A stretch of DNA of 64,000 bases from Gnetum montanum. Its lineage: Eukaryota; Plantae; Gnetophyta. Of the stretch, positions 1-11,589 are shown one piece after another. The stretch is taken from assembly GCA_015680685.1 (NCBI GenBank), contig MNCI01003186.1:453068-517067 (forward strand), in the 5' to 3' direction. Position numbers and translations under genes: made by a program. Positions within the stretch are counted from its first letter, which is position 1. Every line of letters starts with the position of its first letter. The notes under the pieces were generated by a model. The model did no database searches, had not been told where the DNA came from, and saw only the letters and a program-made list of their open reading frames with translations.

Positions 1-3000
1 TGGACCCTCAGGACTAAGGGTTGATCCAATAGACACTCTGGATAAACTGTTGGCCACATGGACCCTTGGGACTAAATTTATAAGGGTACAAGATGGTATG
101 GCTGAGTTTGGATTGGCAAAATAGATCCTTGGGGACCAACTATTGGCTAGATGAACCCTTAGGACCAACTGTTAGCCAGAAAAACCCTTAGGAACAAGGG
201 TTGGCCCAGTAGATCCTCAAGAGAAACTATTCACTAAATAGACCCTCAACACTAAGTGTTGGCTAAATAAACCCTTGGGACCAACTATATGCCAAATGGA
301 CCCTTAGGACCAAATGTTGCCCAAATAGACCCTCAAGAACAATTGTAGGCAAAATGGACCCTTAGGACCAAATGTTGTCCAAAAAAACCCTTAGGACCAA
401 GGGTTGATCCAATGGATCCTTGGGATCAAGGGTTGCCCCAATGGACACTTAGTACCAACTATTGAATAAACAGATTCTCAAGACTAAATTTATAAGGATT
501 TAGGATGGTATGACAAAGGCTAGGTTGGCAAAATGGATGCTCAAGACCAATTGTTGGCTAGATGAATCCTTAGGACCAAGGGCTGGCCCAATAGACTATC
601 TAGACCAAGTGTTGATAAAATGAACCCTTGGTGACAAGTGTTGATCAAATGGACCCTTAGGATTAACTATTCATTGAATAGACCCTTGATACTAAGGGTT
701 GGCTTGATGGACCCTCAAAACCAAGTGTTGCCCAAATAGACCCTTAATACTAGATATAGGCCCTTGGAACGAAATGTTGCCCGAACAAACCCTTGGGACC
801 AAGGGTTGATCCAATGAATCCTCTAGATAGAGTGTTGGCTGCAAGGATTCTTAGGACAAAATGTTGCCAAAATGGACCCTTGGGACGAAGGTTTGTGACC
901 TAACAGACCCTCTAGACAAAGTGTTGGCCACACAGACCCTTGGGACCAAGGGTTGGCTCAAAAAACCCTTAGAACCAACTATTAACTAGAAAGATCCTTG
1001 GGGCTAACTATAGGCATAATGAACCCTCATGACCAAGGTTTTTCCCAATGGACCCTTAGGACCAAGTGTTGGCCAAAGGATCAAGGGTTGACTCAATGGA
1101 TCCTTGGGATCAACTATATGCAAAACAAACCCTCAGGACAAACTCTTGGTCAAATGGACCTTGGAGACCAAATTTATAAAAGTGCAAGATGGTATGGTGG
1201 AGCCTGGGTTGGCAAAATGGATTCTTAGAACCAACTATTGGCTAGATCGACCCTCAAAACCAACTAAACCCTCGAGACCAAGGGCTGGCCTAGCAGATCC
1301 TTGGGAGAAATTATTCACTGAACAAACCTTTGGTACTAAGGGTTAGCATTTTGGACTCTCAAAACCAAGTGTTGGCCAAATGAACCCTTGGGACTAGCTA
1401 TAGCTAAAATAGACCCTTAGGATCAAATGTTGTTCTAATGAATCCTAGGGACAAGGGTTGACCCAATGGACCCTCTAGACAAATTGTTGGCCACACAAAC
1501 CCTTAGGACCAAATGTTGCCCAAGCTAACCTTTAAGACCAAGGGTTGATCCAACAGACACTCTAGACAAAGTGTGTAGGATGGTATGGTGGAGCATAGGT
1601 TGGAAAAATGGATCCTCAAAACCAACTATTGGCCAAATAGACCCTCAAGATCGACTATAGGCAAAATGGATCCTTGGGACCAATGGTTGGCCCAGTAGAC
1701 CCTCAAGATGAACTATAGGTAAAATAGACTCTTATGACCAACCAAGTGTTGGCCCCATGATCTCTCACAACTAAGGTTTGGCCCAACAGACCCTCAAGAC
1801 CAAGTGTTGGCCCAATGAATCCTCAAGACTAAGTGTTTTCTAGATGAACCCTTGGGATCAACTATTGGTCAAAAAAACCCTGAAGACAAAATTTATAAAG
1901 GTTCAGGATGTTATGGTGGAGCTTGGGTTGGCAAAATAAAGCATTGGGACCAACTGTTGGCCAAATAAACCCTCACGATCAAGGGTTGGCCTAATGGACC
2001 CTCAAGAGAAACTGTTCATTGAACAGACCCTTAATACTAAGGGTTGGCTTGATAGACCCTTGAAACCAAGTGTTGGCCAAACAGACCCTCTAGACTAACT
2101 ATAGGAAAAATGGACCCTCAAGACCAAATGTTGTCTAAATAGACCCTTAAGACCAGTTGTAGGAAAAATGGACCCTCAAGGCTATATGTTGCCCAAATGG
2201 ATCCTCAAGACTAAGGGCTGATCCAATGTACCCTTGGGATCAAAGGTTGGCCCAATAGACCCTTAGTACCATGTGTTGGGAAAACAAACCCTTGAAACCA
2301 AATTTATAAGGATGCAGGATGGTATGGCAAGCTTAGGTTAGCAAAATGAACGTTCTAGACCAACTATTGGCCAGACGGACCCTTGGGACTAAGGGTTGGC
2401 CCAACAAATCCTCTGGACCAAGTATTAGCCAAACAGACCCTCAGGGCCAAGTGTTGATCAAATGGATCCTCGAGATCAACTATTCACTAAATGGACCCTT
2501 GGCACTAAAGGTTGGCCTAACAGACCCTTGGAACCAAGTGTTGGCTAAATGAACACCCTTGGAACCAACTATAGCTAAAATGGACCCTCAATACCAAATT
2601 TTGCCCAAAGGGATCCTCGGGACCAAGGGTTGACCCAACGGATCCTCTATACAAAGTGTTGGTGACACAGAACCTTGGGACAGTGTTGTTCAAATGAACC
2701 CTTGACACCAAGGGTTGACCCAACGGATCCTCTGAACAAAGTGTTGTCCACATAGACCCTTTGGATCAAGAGTTGGCTTAATGGACCCTTGGGACCAAGT
2801 GTTGGCTAGATGGACCCTTAGGACCAAAGGTTAGCCCAATGGACCCTTAGGATTAAGTGTTGGCCAAATAGACCCTCAAGATCAAATGTTGGTAAAATAG
2901 ACCCTCAGGACCAAGGGTTAATCCAATGAACCCACTAGACAACGTGTTGGCCACACAGACCCTTAAGACCCGATGTTTTCAAAAGGGATCCTGAAGACCA

Positions 3001-3173
3001 ATTGTAGGAAAAATAGACCTTTAGGACCAAGGGTTGGCCCAATGGATCCTCAGGACCAGGTGTTGGCCAAATGGATCCCCATGATCAAGTGTTGGTCAAA
3101 TGGATCCTTAGGACTAATTGTAGGTAAAATGGATCCTTGTGACCAAGGGTTGGCCTAATAGACCCTTGGCATC
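1..3173 (+). repeat. rDNA IGS subrepeat array A (~29-30 bp units, consensus ~GGACCCTTGGGACCAAGTGTTGGCCAAAT), unit 1
   Basis: Degenerate head-to-tail units throughout. The same array follows the 26S end at 25680, which places it in the rDNA spacer. Confidence 0.85.
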
Positions 3174-5779
3174 AAATTTTTAAGGGGGTAGGATAGTATG
3201 GCCAAGCCTAGCCTAATCAACATATATGAAGAGAGGTAGCATTCTCCTTGGGAGCACCTCATAGTGTCCTTGTGAGAGTGCTCTCCATGGAAGTTCCTTG
3301 CATAGCTGCATAGCCAAGAGCACTCTCCTTTAGAGTGCCTCCTATAGCACATGTAAGATAATTCTCAATGAGATTGCCTCATGTAGCACTCTCAAGAGCA
3401 CCTCACGTAATGCTTGTAAAAGGGCTCTCCTTGGGAGCACCTTGCATTGCACACGTGAGAGTGTTCTCACTGAGAGCACCCTCCCTAAGAATGATCTCTA
3501 TCAAAGCACTCTCCCTATGAGTGCCCTCCCTAAAATCATTCTCCCTAAGAGTACCCTCCCTAAAAGCACCCTCCTTGAGAATTCCCTCCCTAAGAGCACC
3601 CACCCTGGGAGCATTCTCCTTGAGAGCATCCTCCCTAGGAGTGTTCTCCTTGAGAGTGCCATGCATGAGCACGTTCTCCTTAAGAGTACCCTCCATAACA
3701 CAAAATTTATAATGATGTAGGATGGTATGATGAAGCCTAGCCAAATCAACATATATGAGAATAGGTAGCATTCTCCCGGAGAGGACCACATGGTGCTCTC
3801 ACAAGAGTGCTCTTCATGATAGCACCTTGCAACTACATTAGCAAGAGTACTCTCTTGAAAGCACCTCATGTAGCGCTTGTGAGAGTGCTCTCCTTGGAAG
3901 TGCCTCATGCTACACACATGATAGTGTTGTTTCTAAGAGTGTCCTTGCTAAGAGAGCCTTGTGCAATGCATGTGAGAAAATTTTCCTTTAGAGTGCCCTT
4001 GTTGAGAGCATTCTCTTATAGAGCTTTCTCCTTGAGAGTGCCCTCCTTGAGAGCATTCTCTTGGAGAGCATCCTCCATGAGAATGCCCTCCTTGAGGGCA
4101 TCCTCCTTGAGAGCACCCTCCCTAAGAACATTCTCCTTGAGAGTGTTATTCCTAAGAATACCCTCCTTGAGTGCACTCTCTCTAAAAGCACTCTCCTTGA
4201 GACTATTCTTCCTAAGAGCATCCTCCATGAGCACATTCTCTATGAGAGCACCCTCCCTGAGAATGCTTTCCTTGAGAGTGTTCTCCCTAAGAGCATCCTT
4301 CTTGAGAGTATTCTTTTTGAAAGTGCCCTCCTTTAGAACACCCTTCTTAAGAGTTCTCCTTGAAAGCATCCTCCATAAGAGCATTCGCCTTGAGAGCACC
4401 CTTCTTGAGAGTTTTCTTCCTAAGAGCACCCTCCTTGAGATCATTCTTCTTGAGAGTGCCATTCCTAAGAATGCCCTCGATGAGATCATCCTCATTGAGA
4501 ATGCCCTTCCTAAGAATTTCCTCCTTGAGAGCATCCTCCCTGAGAGCATCCTTCCTAAGGGCACCCACTATGAGAATTTCCTCTCTGGGAGCATTCTTCC
4601 TAAGAGCATCCTTCCTAGAAGCATTCTCCCTAAGAGCATCCTTCATGAGCATCTTCTCCTTAAGAGCACCCTCCCACACATCAAGTTTATAAGGGTGAAA
4701 GATGGTATAGTAGAGCCTAGTCCAATCAACATATATAGGAAGAGGTAACATTCTCCCTAAGAGTAATGCATGGTGCTCTAGTGAGAGTGCATTCCATGGG
4801 AATACCTCATATAGCTGTGCTAGCGAGAGCACTCTCCTGAGAGTGCCTCATGTAGTGCTTGCAAACGTGCTCTTCCTAGGAGTGCCTCATGCTACATACA
4901 TGATAGTGTTCTCTATGAGAGCATCCTTCCTAAGAGTGCCTTGCACTACACACATGTGAATCTTCTTCTTGAGAGCACCTTTGTTGAGAGCATTCTCTTG
5001 GAGAGTTCTCTCCCTGAGAGTGCCCTCTCTGAGAATGCCCTCCCTAAGAGCATCCTTCCTGAGAGCATTCTCCTAGAGAGAACTCTCCCTAAGAACACCC
5101 TCCCTAAGAGTGATCTCCTTGAGAGTATTCTCCTTGAGGGTACCCTTCTTAAAAATGCCCTTCTTGAGAACACCTTTCTTAAGAGTGTTCTCCTTGAGCA
5201 TGCTCTTCCTAAGAACACCCTCCCTAAGAGCACCCTCCATAAGAACACCTTCCTTGAGAGCATTCTCCCTAAGAGCACCCTCCTTGAGCATGTTCTCACT
5301 AAGAGCATCCTCCCTAAGAATGCCCTTCCTGAGAGTGCTCTTCTTGAGAGAATTTTCCACTAGTGCATCCTCCTTCAGAATGCCCTCTATGAGAGTGTTC
5401 TCCTTGATAGTTTCCTCCATAAGTGCATTCTCCCTAAGAGCACTCTCCATGAGCACATTCTCCCTAAGAGCACCCTTCATGAGAGTAGCTTTCCTAAGAG
5501 TGCCTTCCTTGAGAGCACCCTCCTTGAGAGCACCCTCCTTGAGAGTGTTCTCCCTAAGATAGCCCTTCTTGAGCGCACGCTCCTTGAGAGTGTTTTTCCT
5601 AAGAGTGCCCTTTCTTAGAGTGATCTCCCTAAGAGCATCCTCAATGAGAGCACCTTGCACCATGCATGTAAGAGCATTGTCTCTAAGGGGGCCCTCTTTG
5701 AGAGCATTCTCCTTGAGATCACCCTTACTTAGTGTGGTCTCTTTGAGAGTTATCTTCTTGAGAATGCCCTCTTGGAGAC

Positions 5780-5850
5780 CAAACTTATAAGGACATATGA
5801 CAATTTGGTTAAGCCTAGCCCAATCAACATATATATGGGGAGGTAGGCCA
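5780..5850 (+). promoter_or_regulatory. Putative Pol I spacer promoter module
   Basis: AAACTTATAAGG...CAATCAACATATATATGGGGAGGTAGG, a copy of the module carrying the plant rDNA initiation motif TATATAGGGG. Confidence 0.55.
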
Positions 5851-6231
5851 ACTCCCCTAGGATGCACTTTCAAGAGAATCTAAGTGCATATTAGGCCATC
5901 ATGGATGCACTTTTGGGTGATGTTGAGTGTATTCTTAGCCTTAATGGATGCACTTTTAGGTGATGCTGACTGTGTCGTAGGCTATCACAGATGCACATTT
6001 GCGAGAGCATTTTTCTTGGGAGTGTCACATAGTGTGCTCATGAGAGTGTGTTCCTTGAGAGCATCTTGTGCTATGCACATGACAACATTCTTCTTGAGAT
6101 CTTCCTTCTTTAGAGTGGTATACTTGAAAGGGTCCTCAATGAGAGCACCTTGCACTATGTGTGAAAGAGCATTTTCTTTGAGAGTGTCCTCTTTGAGAGA
6201 ATTCTCCTTGAGAGTGCTCTCAAGGAGAATG

Positions 6232-6251
6232 CTAAACCCTAAACCCTAAAC
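6232..6251 (-). repeat. Interstitial plant telomeric repeat (TTTAGGG x2.6)
   Basis: CTAAACCCTAAACCCTAAAC on +, absent from the homologous site in unit 2 (~32220). Confidence 0.75.
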
Positions 6252-6304
6252 ACTTAGTGCAATCTCTATGGGAGTGATCTTCTTGAGAATGTCCTCTTTG
6301 AGAC

Positions 6305-6370
6305 CAAATTTATAAGGGTGTAGATGGTTTTGTGGAGCCCAACACAATCAACATATATATGGGGAGGTAG
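6305..6370 (+). promoter_or_regulatory. Putative Pol I spacer promoter module
   Basis: CAAATTTATAAGGGTG...CAATCAACATATATATGGGGAGGTAG. Confidence 0.55.
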
Positions 6371-6570
6371 GCCGACTCTGTTGGGATGCACTTTCAAGAG
6401 AATCTGAGTGTATTTTAGGCCATCACAAATGCACTTTTGGGTGATACTAAGTGCATTCTTGGCCTTAATGAATGCACTTTCAAGTGATTTTGAGTGCATC
6501 CTAGGCTATCACAGATGCACATTCGAGTGTGATTATGAGTGCATCCATGGCCTCCATAGGTATGCTTTCA

Positions 6571-7365
6571 GGGAGGGCACTCCCAAGAAGAAGACACTCA
6601 TGGAGTGCATTCTCAAGAAGAACACTCTTAGGGAAGGCTCTCCTAGGGATAACGGTCTCATAGAGAACACTCTTAAGAAGGGTGTCCTCCTTGAGGTTTC
6701 CCTTAGGGAGAATGCTCTAAGGGAGACTGCTCTTAGGAAGGTTGTTCTTAGGAAGGGTGATCTCTAGAAGAATGCTCATAGGGAGGATGCTCTTAGTGAA
6801 GGCACTCTCAAGGATAGTGCTCTCAATGAGGGTGCTCTCATGGAGAACTCTCTCAGATGTGTAATGCAAGGTGCTCTTAGGGACAGTCCTAGAGATAGCA
6901 CTATCATGTGCATAGCATGAGGCACTTCCAAGGAGAGCACTCTTGCAAGTGTTGCATGAGGTGCTCTTGAGAGAGTGCTCTTGCCAATGCAACTATGTGA
7001 ATTGCTTCCATGGAGAGAACTCTTGTGAGAGCACGATGTGGTACTCTTAAGGAGAATGCCACCTCTTCCCATATATGTTGATTAGACTAGGCTCTACCAT
7101 ACCATCCTGCACCTTTATAAATTTGGTGTTAGGGAGGGCACTCTCAAGGATAATGCTCTCATGAAGGATGCTCTCAAAAAAAACTCTCCTATGGAGGGCA
7201 TTCTCAAGGAGGGTTCTCTTAGGGAGAACTCTCTTAGGGAGGTCACTCTCAAGGAAAATGCTCTTCAGAAAGGTGTTCTCAAGGAGAATATCTTAGGAAG
7301 AATGCTCTCATTGAGAATGCACTTAGGGAGGGTGTTCTCAGGGAGGGCACTCTCAAGAAGAGTGT
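6571..7365 (-). repeat. Inverted block of B subrepeats containing a minus-strand promoter-like module (7062-7127)
   Basis: Repeats read as reverse complement (GAGAATGCTCTCAAGG). CCCATATATGTTGATT...TTATAAATTTGGT is the reverse complement of the module. Confidence 0.85.
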
Positions 7366-8259
7366 GTTGTTCCTAAGAGCATTCTCTTGGAGATAATTCT
7401 CTATGAGAGCATCCTCTATGAGGGCATTCTCCTTGAGATCATCCTCCCTTAGAGCACATTCCTTTAGAGAATCCTTCCTTAGAGCACTTTTCATGAGAGA
7501 ATCCTTTGTTAGAGAATCTTTCGTTAGAGCGTTCTCCTTGAGATCATGCTCTATGAGATCACATCACATAGCTATGATGGAAAGATATTTCTCCCAAGAG
7601 TGCCTCACTTAGCACTTGTAAGAATGCTCTTCCTAGAAGTTCTGTAGGGTGTGCATGTGAGATTATGCTCCCTAAGGGCACCTTTTGTTGTGTAGATAAT
7701 AGCATTCTCTTTGAGAGCACCCTTGGTGAGAGTGTTCTCCTTGAGATTGCCCTTCCTCAGAGCATTCTCCCTAAGAGCATCCTTCCTTAGAGCATATTCA
7801 TTAAGAGCATCCTCCCTTGGAGTGCTTTCCATGAGAGAATCCTTTATTAGATCATCCTTCCTTAGGGCATTCTCCTTGAGAGCACACTCTATAAGATCAC
7901 ATTGCATAGCTATAATGGCAATAGCTTTCTTGCAAGAGAGCCTCACTTAGCACTTGTGAGAGCACTCTTCTTAGAAGTGTTGTGTATTGTGCATATGAGA
8001 GTGTGCTCCCTGAGAGCACCTTATGCTATGCACGCAATAGCATTCTCCTTGAGAGGACCCTTAGTAAGAGTGTTCTCCTTGAGATTGTCCTTCCTCAAAG
8101 TAGTCTTCTTAGAAGGATTCTTAATGAGAGTGCCTTGCACTATCCACATGAGAGCATTCTTTGAGGATGCCCTCTTTGGGAGCATTCTCCTTGAGAGTGC
8201 CCTCACTTAGTGAATAGTCTCTATGAGAGTGCTCTTCTTAAGATTTCCCTCTTTGACAC

Positions 8260-8330
8260 AAAAATTATAAGGGTGCAGGATGGTTTGGTGGAGCCTAGCC
8301 CAATCAACATATATAGGGGAAGGTAGGTAG
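8260..8330 (+). promoter_or_regulatory. Putative Pol I spacer promoter module
   Basis: TTATAAGGGTGCAGGATGG...CAATCAACATATATAGGGGAAGGTAGG. Confidence 0.6.
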
Positions 8331-8994
8331 ACTTCCCCGAGATACACTTTCAAGAGAAGCTGAGTGCATCTTAGGCCATCATGGATGTACTTTTGGATGA
8401 TGTTGATTGCATTCTTGGCCTTAATGGATGCACTTCCAAGTGCTATTGAGTGCATCCTAGGATATCATGGATGCATGTTTGGGTGTGATTATGAGTGCAA
8501 CCATGGACTCCATGGGTATGTCTTCAGGTGAAGCTAAGTGCATACTCATTTGGAGGATTTGAATCATGTTGCATGCAAGTGTTCTCTTTAGAGGCTTTTT
8601 GCATTGCACATAGGAACGTTTACTAAATATGTTTTTGTTGGATGTGCACTATGTTTCAATTGCTCTCCTTTGGAAGGCTTTGGTTTGCAATGGTAAGATG
8701 TTTTCATGTATCTACATTGCCTTGCAGTGCCTTAGCTTGGAGGCTCTTATCTTAATGTAGTCAATCATCCCATATTGGTTGTGCATCATTTCACTATTAC
8801 ACTTTTGAAAAAATGCTTTAAGTAGCATTTTTGATTTCTCTTTGTGAATGTGCATCATCTCACAGTTTCATCATGTTCTTGGAATTCTCTCAGGTACATG
8901 TGCATTCTTCATGGAGGTGCATTGCATCATTTATGCAAGAATTATTCTTCCTGGAGACATTGTTTGTAGTGTACACAACGACTCTCCTTTTGGA

Positions 8995-9775
8995 CACACC
9001 ATGAACAAAATACCCTAGAGATCTCTCTTTGGAGGTTTCTCTCTTGGTGATGTGAGAAAACTTTTCTTGAGGGCTCTAGTCCTAAAAATGCAAAAGAGAT
9101 TTTTTAAAAAGTGCCTAGCATTACAAATGTGAAAGTGATCTTATTGGAATTACCTAGTGTTGTGGATGCAAGAGCGTTGTTCCTGGAGGTGGCTCAGTTG
9201 GCCAATGTGACAATGTTTTCCTTGAAGGTTCCTAGGCTTTGTCATTGTGAGATCATTCTTCTTCAAGGAATGCTTTTTTGCCAATGTGAGAGTGCTATTG
9301 TTGAAGGTGGCTGGCATTGAGGACATGAGAGCACTCTCCTAGGAAGTGCCTTGCTCCTTGGACTCGAGAGCATTCTTCTTGGAGATGCCATGAATAACAT
9401 ACCCTAGATATCTCTCCTTGGAGGTGTTGCAATTGGTGATGCAAGAGAAATTTCATTGAAGGCTCCCATCCTATGGATGAAAAAGTGCTTTTTTAAAAAG
9501 TTCCTAGCGTTGCAAATGTGAGAGTGCTCTTATTGAAGTTTCCTAGTGTTGTGGATGTGAGAACGTTGTTCTTGGAGGTGCCTCAGTTGACCAATGTGAT
9601 AATGTTTTCCTTGAAGGTGCCTAGGCTTCATCATTAAATATTGTTATTCTTTGAGGTGCCTTTTTTTGCTAACACAAGAGTGCTATTGTTGAAGGTAGCC
9701 AGCATTGAGGACATGAGAGCACTCTTATAGGAAGTGCCTTGCTTCTTGGACTCAAGAGAATTCTCCTTGGAGGTG
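8995..9775 (+). repeat. IGS subrepeat C, two tandem ~390 bp copies
   Basis: CCATGAA..CATACCCTAGA.ATCTCTC..TGGAGGT starts at ~8998 and ~9388. The same pair occurs at ~35225 and ~35615. Confidence 0.75.
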
Positions 9776-10336
9776 CTTCATTGCATAGTTGTGAAAGGCA
9801 TTCTTCTATGAATTGACTCTCTCCATGGATATGGGAGAAACCTCTTGGGAGTTGTATTAGGCTGCATAAAAAAGATCTATATTGTACAAGACTCTTTGCA
9901 TTGAGGAAGAGAGATCACTCTTCTCAAAAATTATTTGTTCCTTTGGTTAGGAGAATGCTCTTTGCATTCTTCTATGAAGAGAGAAGACTCTTTGAATTAT
10001 TCTATGAAGTGACTCCCTTCATGGATGTGGGAGCAACCTCTTGGAAGTTGTATCAGGCTACATAAGAAAGATCTATATTGTATGAGACACTTTGCACTAA
10101 GGAAGAGAGATCACTCTTCTCAAAAATGATTTGTTCCTTTGGTTAGGAGAAGGCTCTCCTTAGGGTTTCCCTATACTTGGCAAGCGAGAGTGCTCTTTAA
10201 TGAGGTGCCTTAGGTAGCAAACAATGCAAAGGATAGTCTTTTAAGCCTCTCATGTTATGCATGTGAGAGAATTCTCTATGGAGGTGTTTCATGTTTGGCA
10301 CATGAGAGGAATCTCCTTGCATTGGTCCTTTGTGAC

Positions 10337-10405
10337 CAAATTTATAAGGGTGCATGATGGTATGGTGTAACCTAACCCAATCAACATATATAGGGGGAGG
10401 TAGGC
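10337..10405 (+). promoter_or_regulatory. Putative rRNA gene promoter / Pol I transcription initiation site (TATATAGGGGG at 10387-10397)
   Basis: Exact match to the conserved plant rDNA initiation motif. It is the last such module before the 18S; homolog at 36418. Confidence 0.65.
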
Positions 10406-11589
10406 CAAATCCCCTAGAATGCACTTTTAGATGTAGCTGAGTGCATCTTAGGCCATCATAGATGCACTTTTGGGTGATTCTATGTGTATTTTTAACCTTA
10501 ATGGATGCACTTTTAGGTGATGCTGAGTGCATCCTAGGTTATTATGGATGCACTATCGGATGCATTCTTGGCCCAATTATATATGAGATGGGGAGAAGGT
10601 GGGGGGAGAGCAGTGATGATTTCTCATATGGATAGAGTGATATGTGGGTCCCCCCAGGGATGTCTCTTCCTACACATGAAATTATAGCCTCATTATCCAT
10701 GTCCATGACTCACGAGCCTTGTTGCAAGAAGGACATTCCTAGTGAACAAAGTGTCTAGATTGTTCGATGTTTATAGTTGAGAGAAAAGGAAAGGCTCGTA
10801 GAGTTACAAACATGTTTGATGTGGTTGATTAAATTTCTTGAAGGGATTTCATGCTTCATAGTGGAATATTTATTGTGTTTTGTACCTTCCCCCCATATCT
10901 TATGATTGGGATAGATTTAGTCATGTTGTCCTACAATCTTTTATAAACTAGTTTTCAAGGGATATCATTGATGCATCCATGAATAGTTGTAGGATAGTAT
11001 GTTTTGGTTTGGCCTAGTTATACTATATGGAGGGAAGGTGGGGAGACATAGGTGACGACTATTCGTAGGGATAGAGTGATTTGTAGGTACCCCCACCAAG
11101 GATGTCTCACCATGCCCATTATATCGTGGCTTCATTGTTCATATTTGTGACTCATGAGCCTTGTTGTGAGAAGCACATCCCTATGGAATGGGATATCCAT
11201 GTTGCTCGATGTTTACAGTTGTGATAAAATATTTGTAGAGTTGTAGACATGTTTCATGGGGCTGGCTACCTAGGAAAGCCTAGATCCAAGGAAGTGTGTC
11301 TAGTTAGCTTGTGGTGTGATTATCTTAAATGTTTTTGTACATGTTTTAGGAGTCCATTTGCAAGATGGATGCATCGAGCAAATGGGGAATCAATACTAAT
11401 GGCCTATGATATTGAAAAATTCTCTTTGAAAATAATAGTAATTGAGCACATGCAAACAGTTGTGTCAATTTGATGTGCTTGAGGTAGCAGAGCATCTCGA
11501 CACCCCCACAGGGTAGCATCAGGTGCATACTTCCTTTGCCTAATCACAAATTCGATAGCTCAGTAGCACATAGGTGGTAGAGTACATTA

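Larger units (their letters stand above)
3240..8235 (+). repeat. rDNA IGS subrepeat array B (~15 bp period, e.g. CCTTGAGAGCATTCT/CCTAAGAGCACCCTC), interspersed with promoter-like modules, unit 1
   Basis: The 15-nt periodicity gives pentapeptide pseudo-ORFs (RAFSL/RAPSL; LKENA on minus) in many frames. Homologous array at 29560-34510. Confidence 0.85.

Noticed and set aside
1-3173. CRISPR-like ~30 bp repeats
   Set aside because: Units are contiguous and degenerate with no unique spacers, there are no cas genes, and the context is a eukaryotic rDNA spacer.
3403-8455. Long ORFs with RAFSL/LKENA pentapeptide or LRR-like periodicity (also 29615-34530)
   Set aside because: They arise in several frames and both strands from a 15 bp DNA repeat, and are not conserved as ORFs between the two units.
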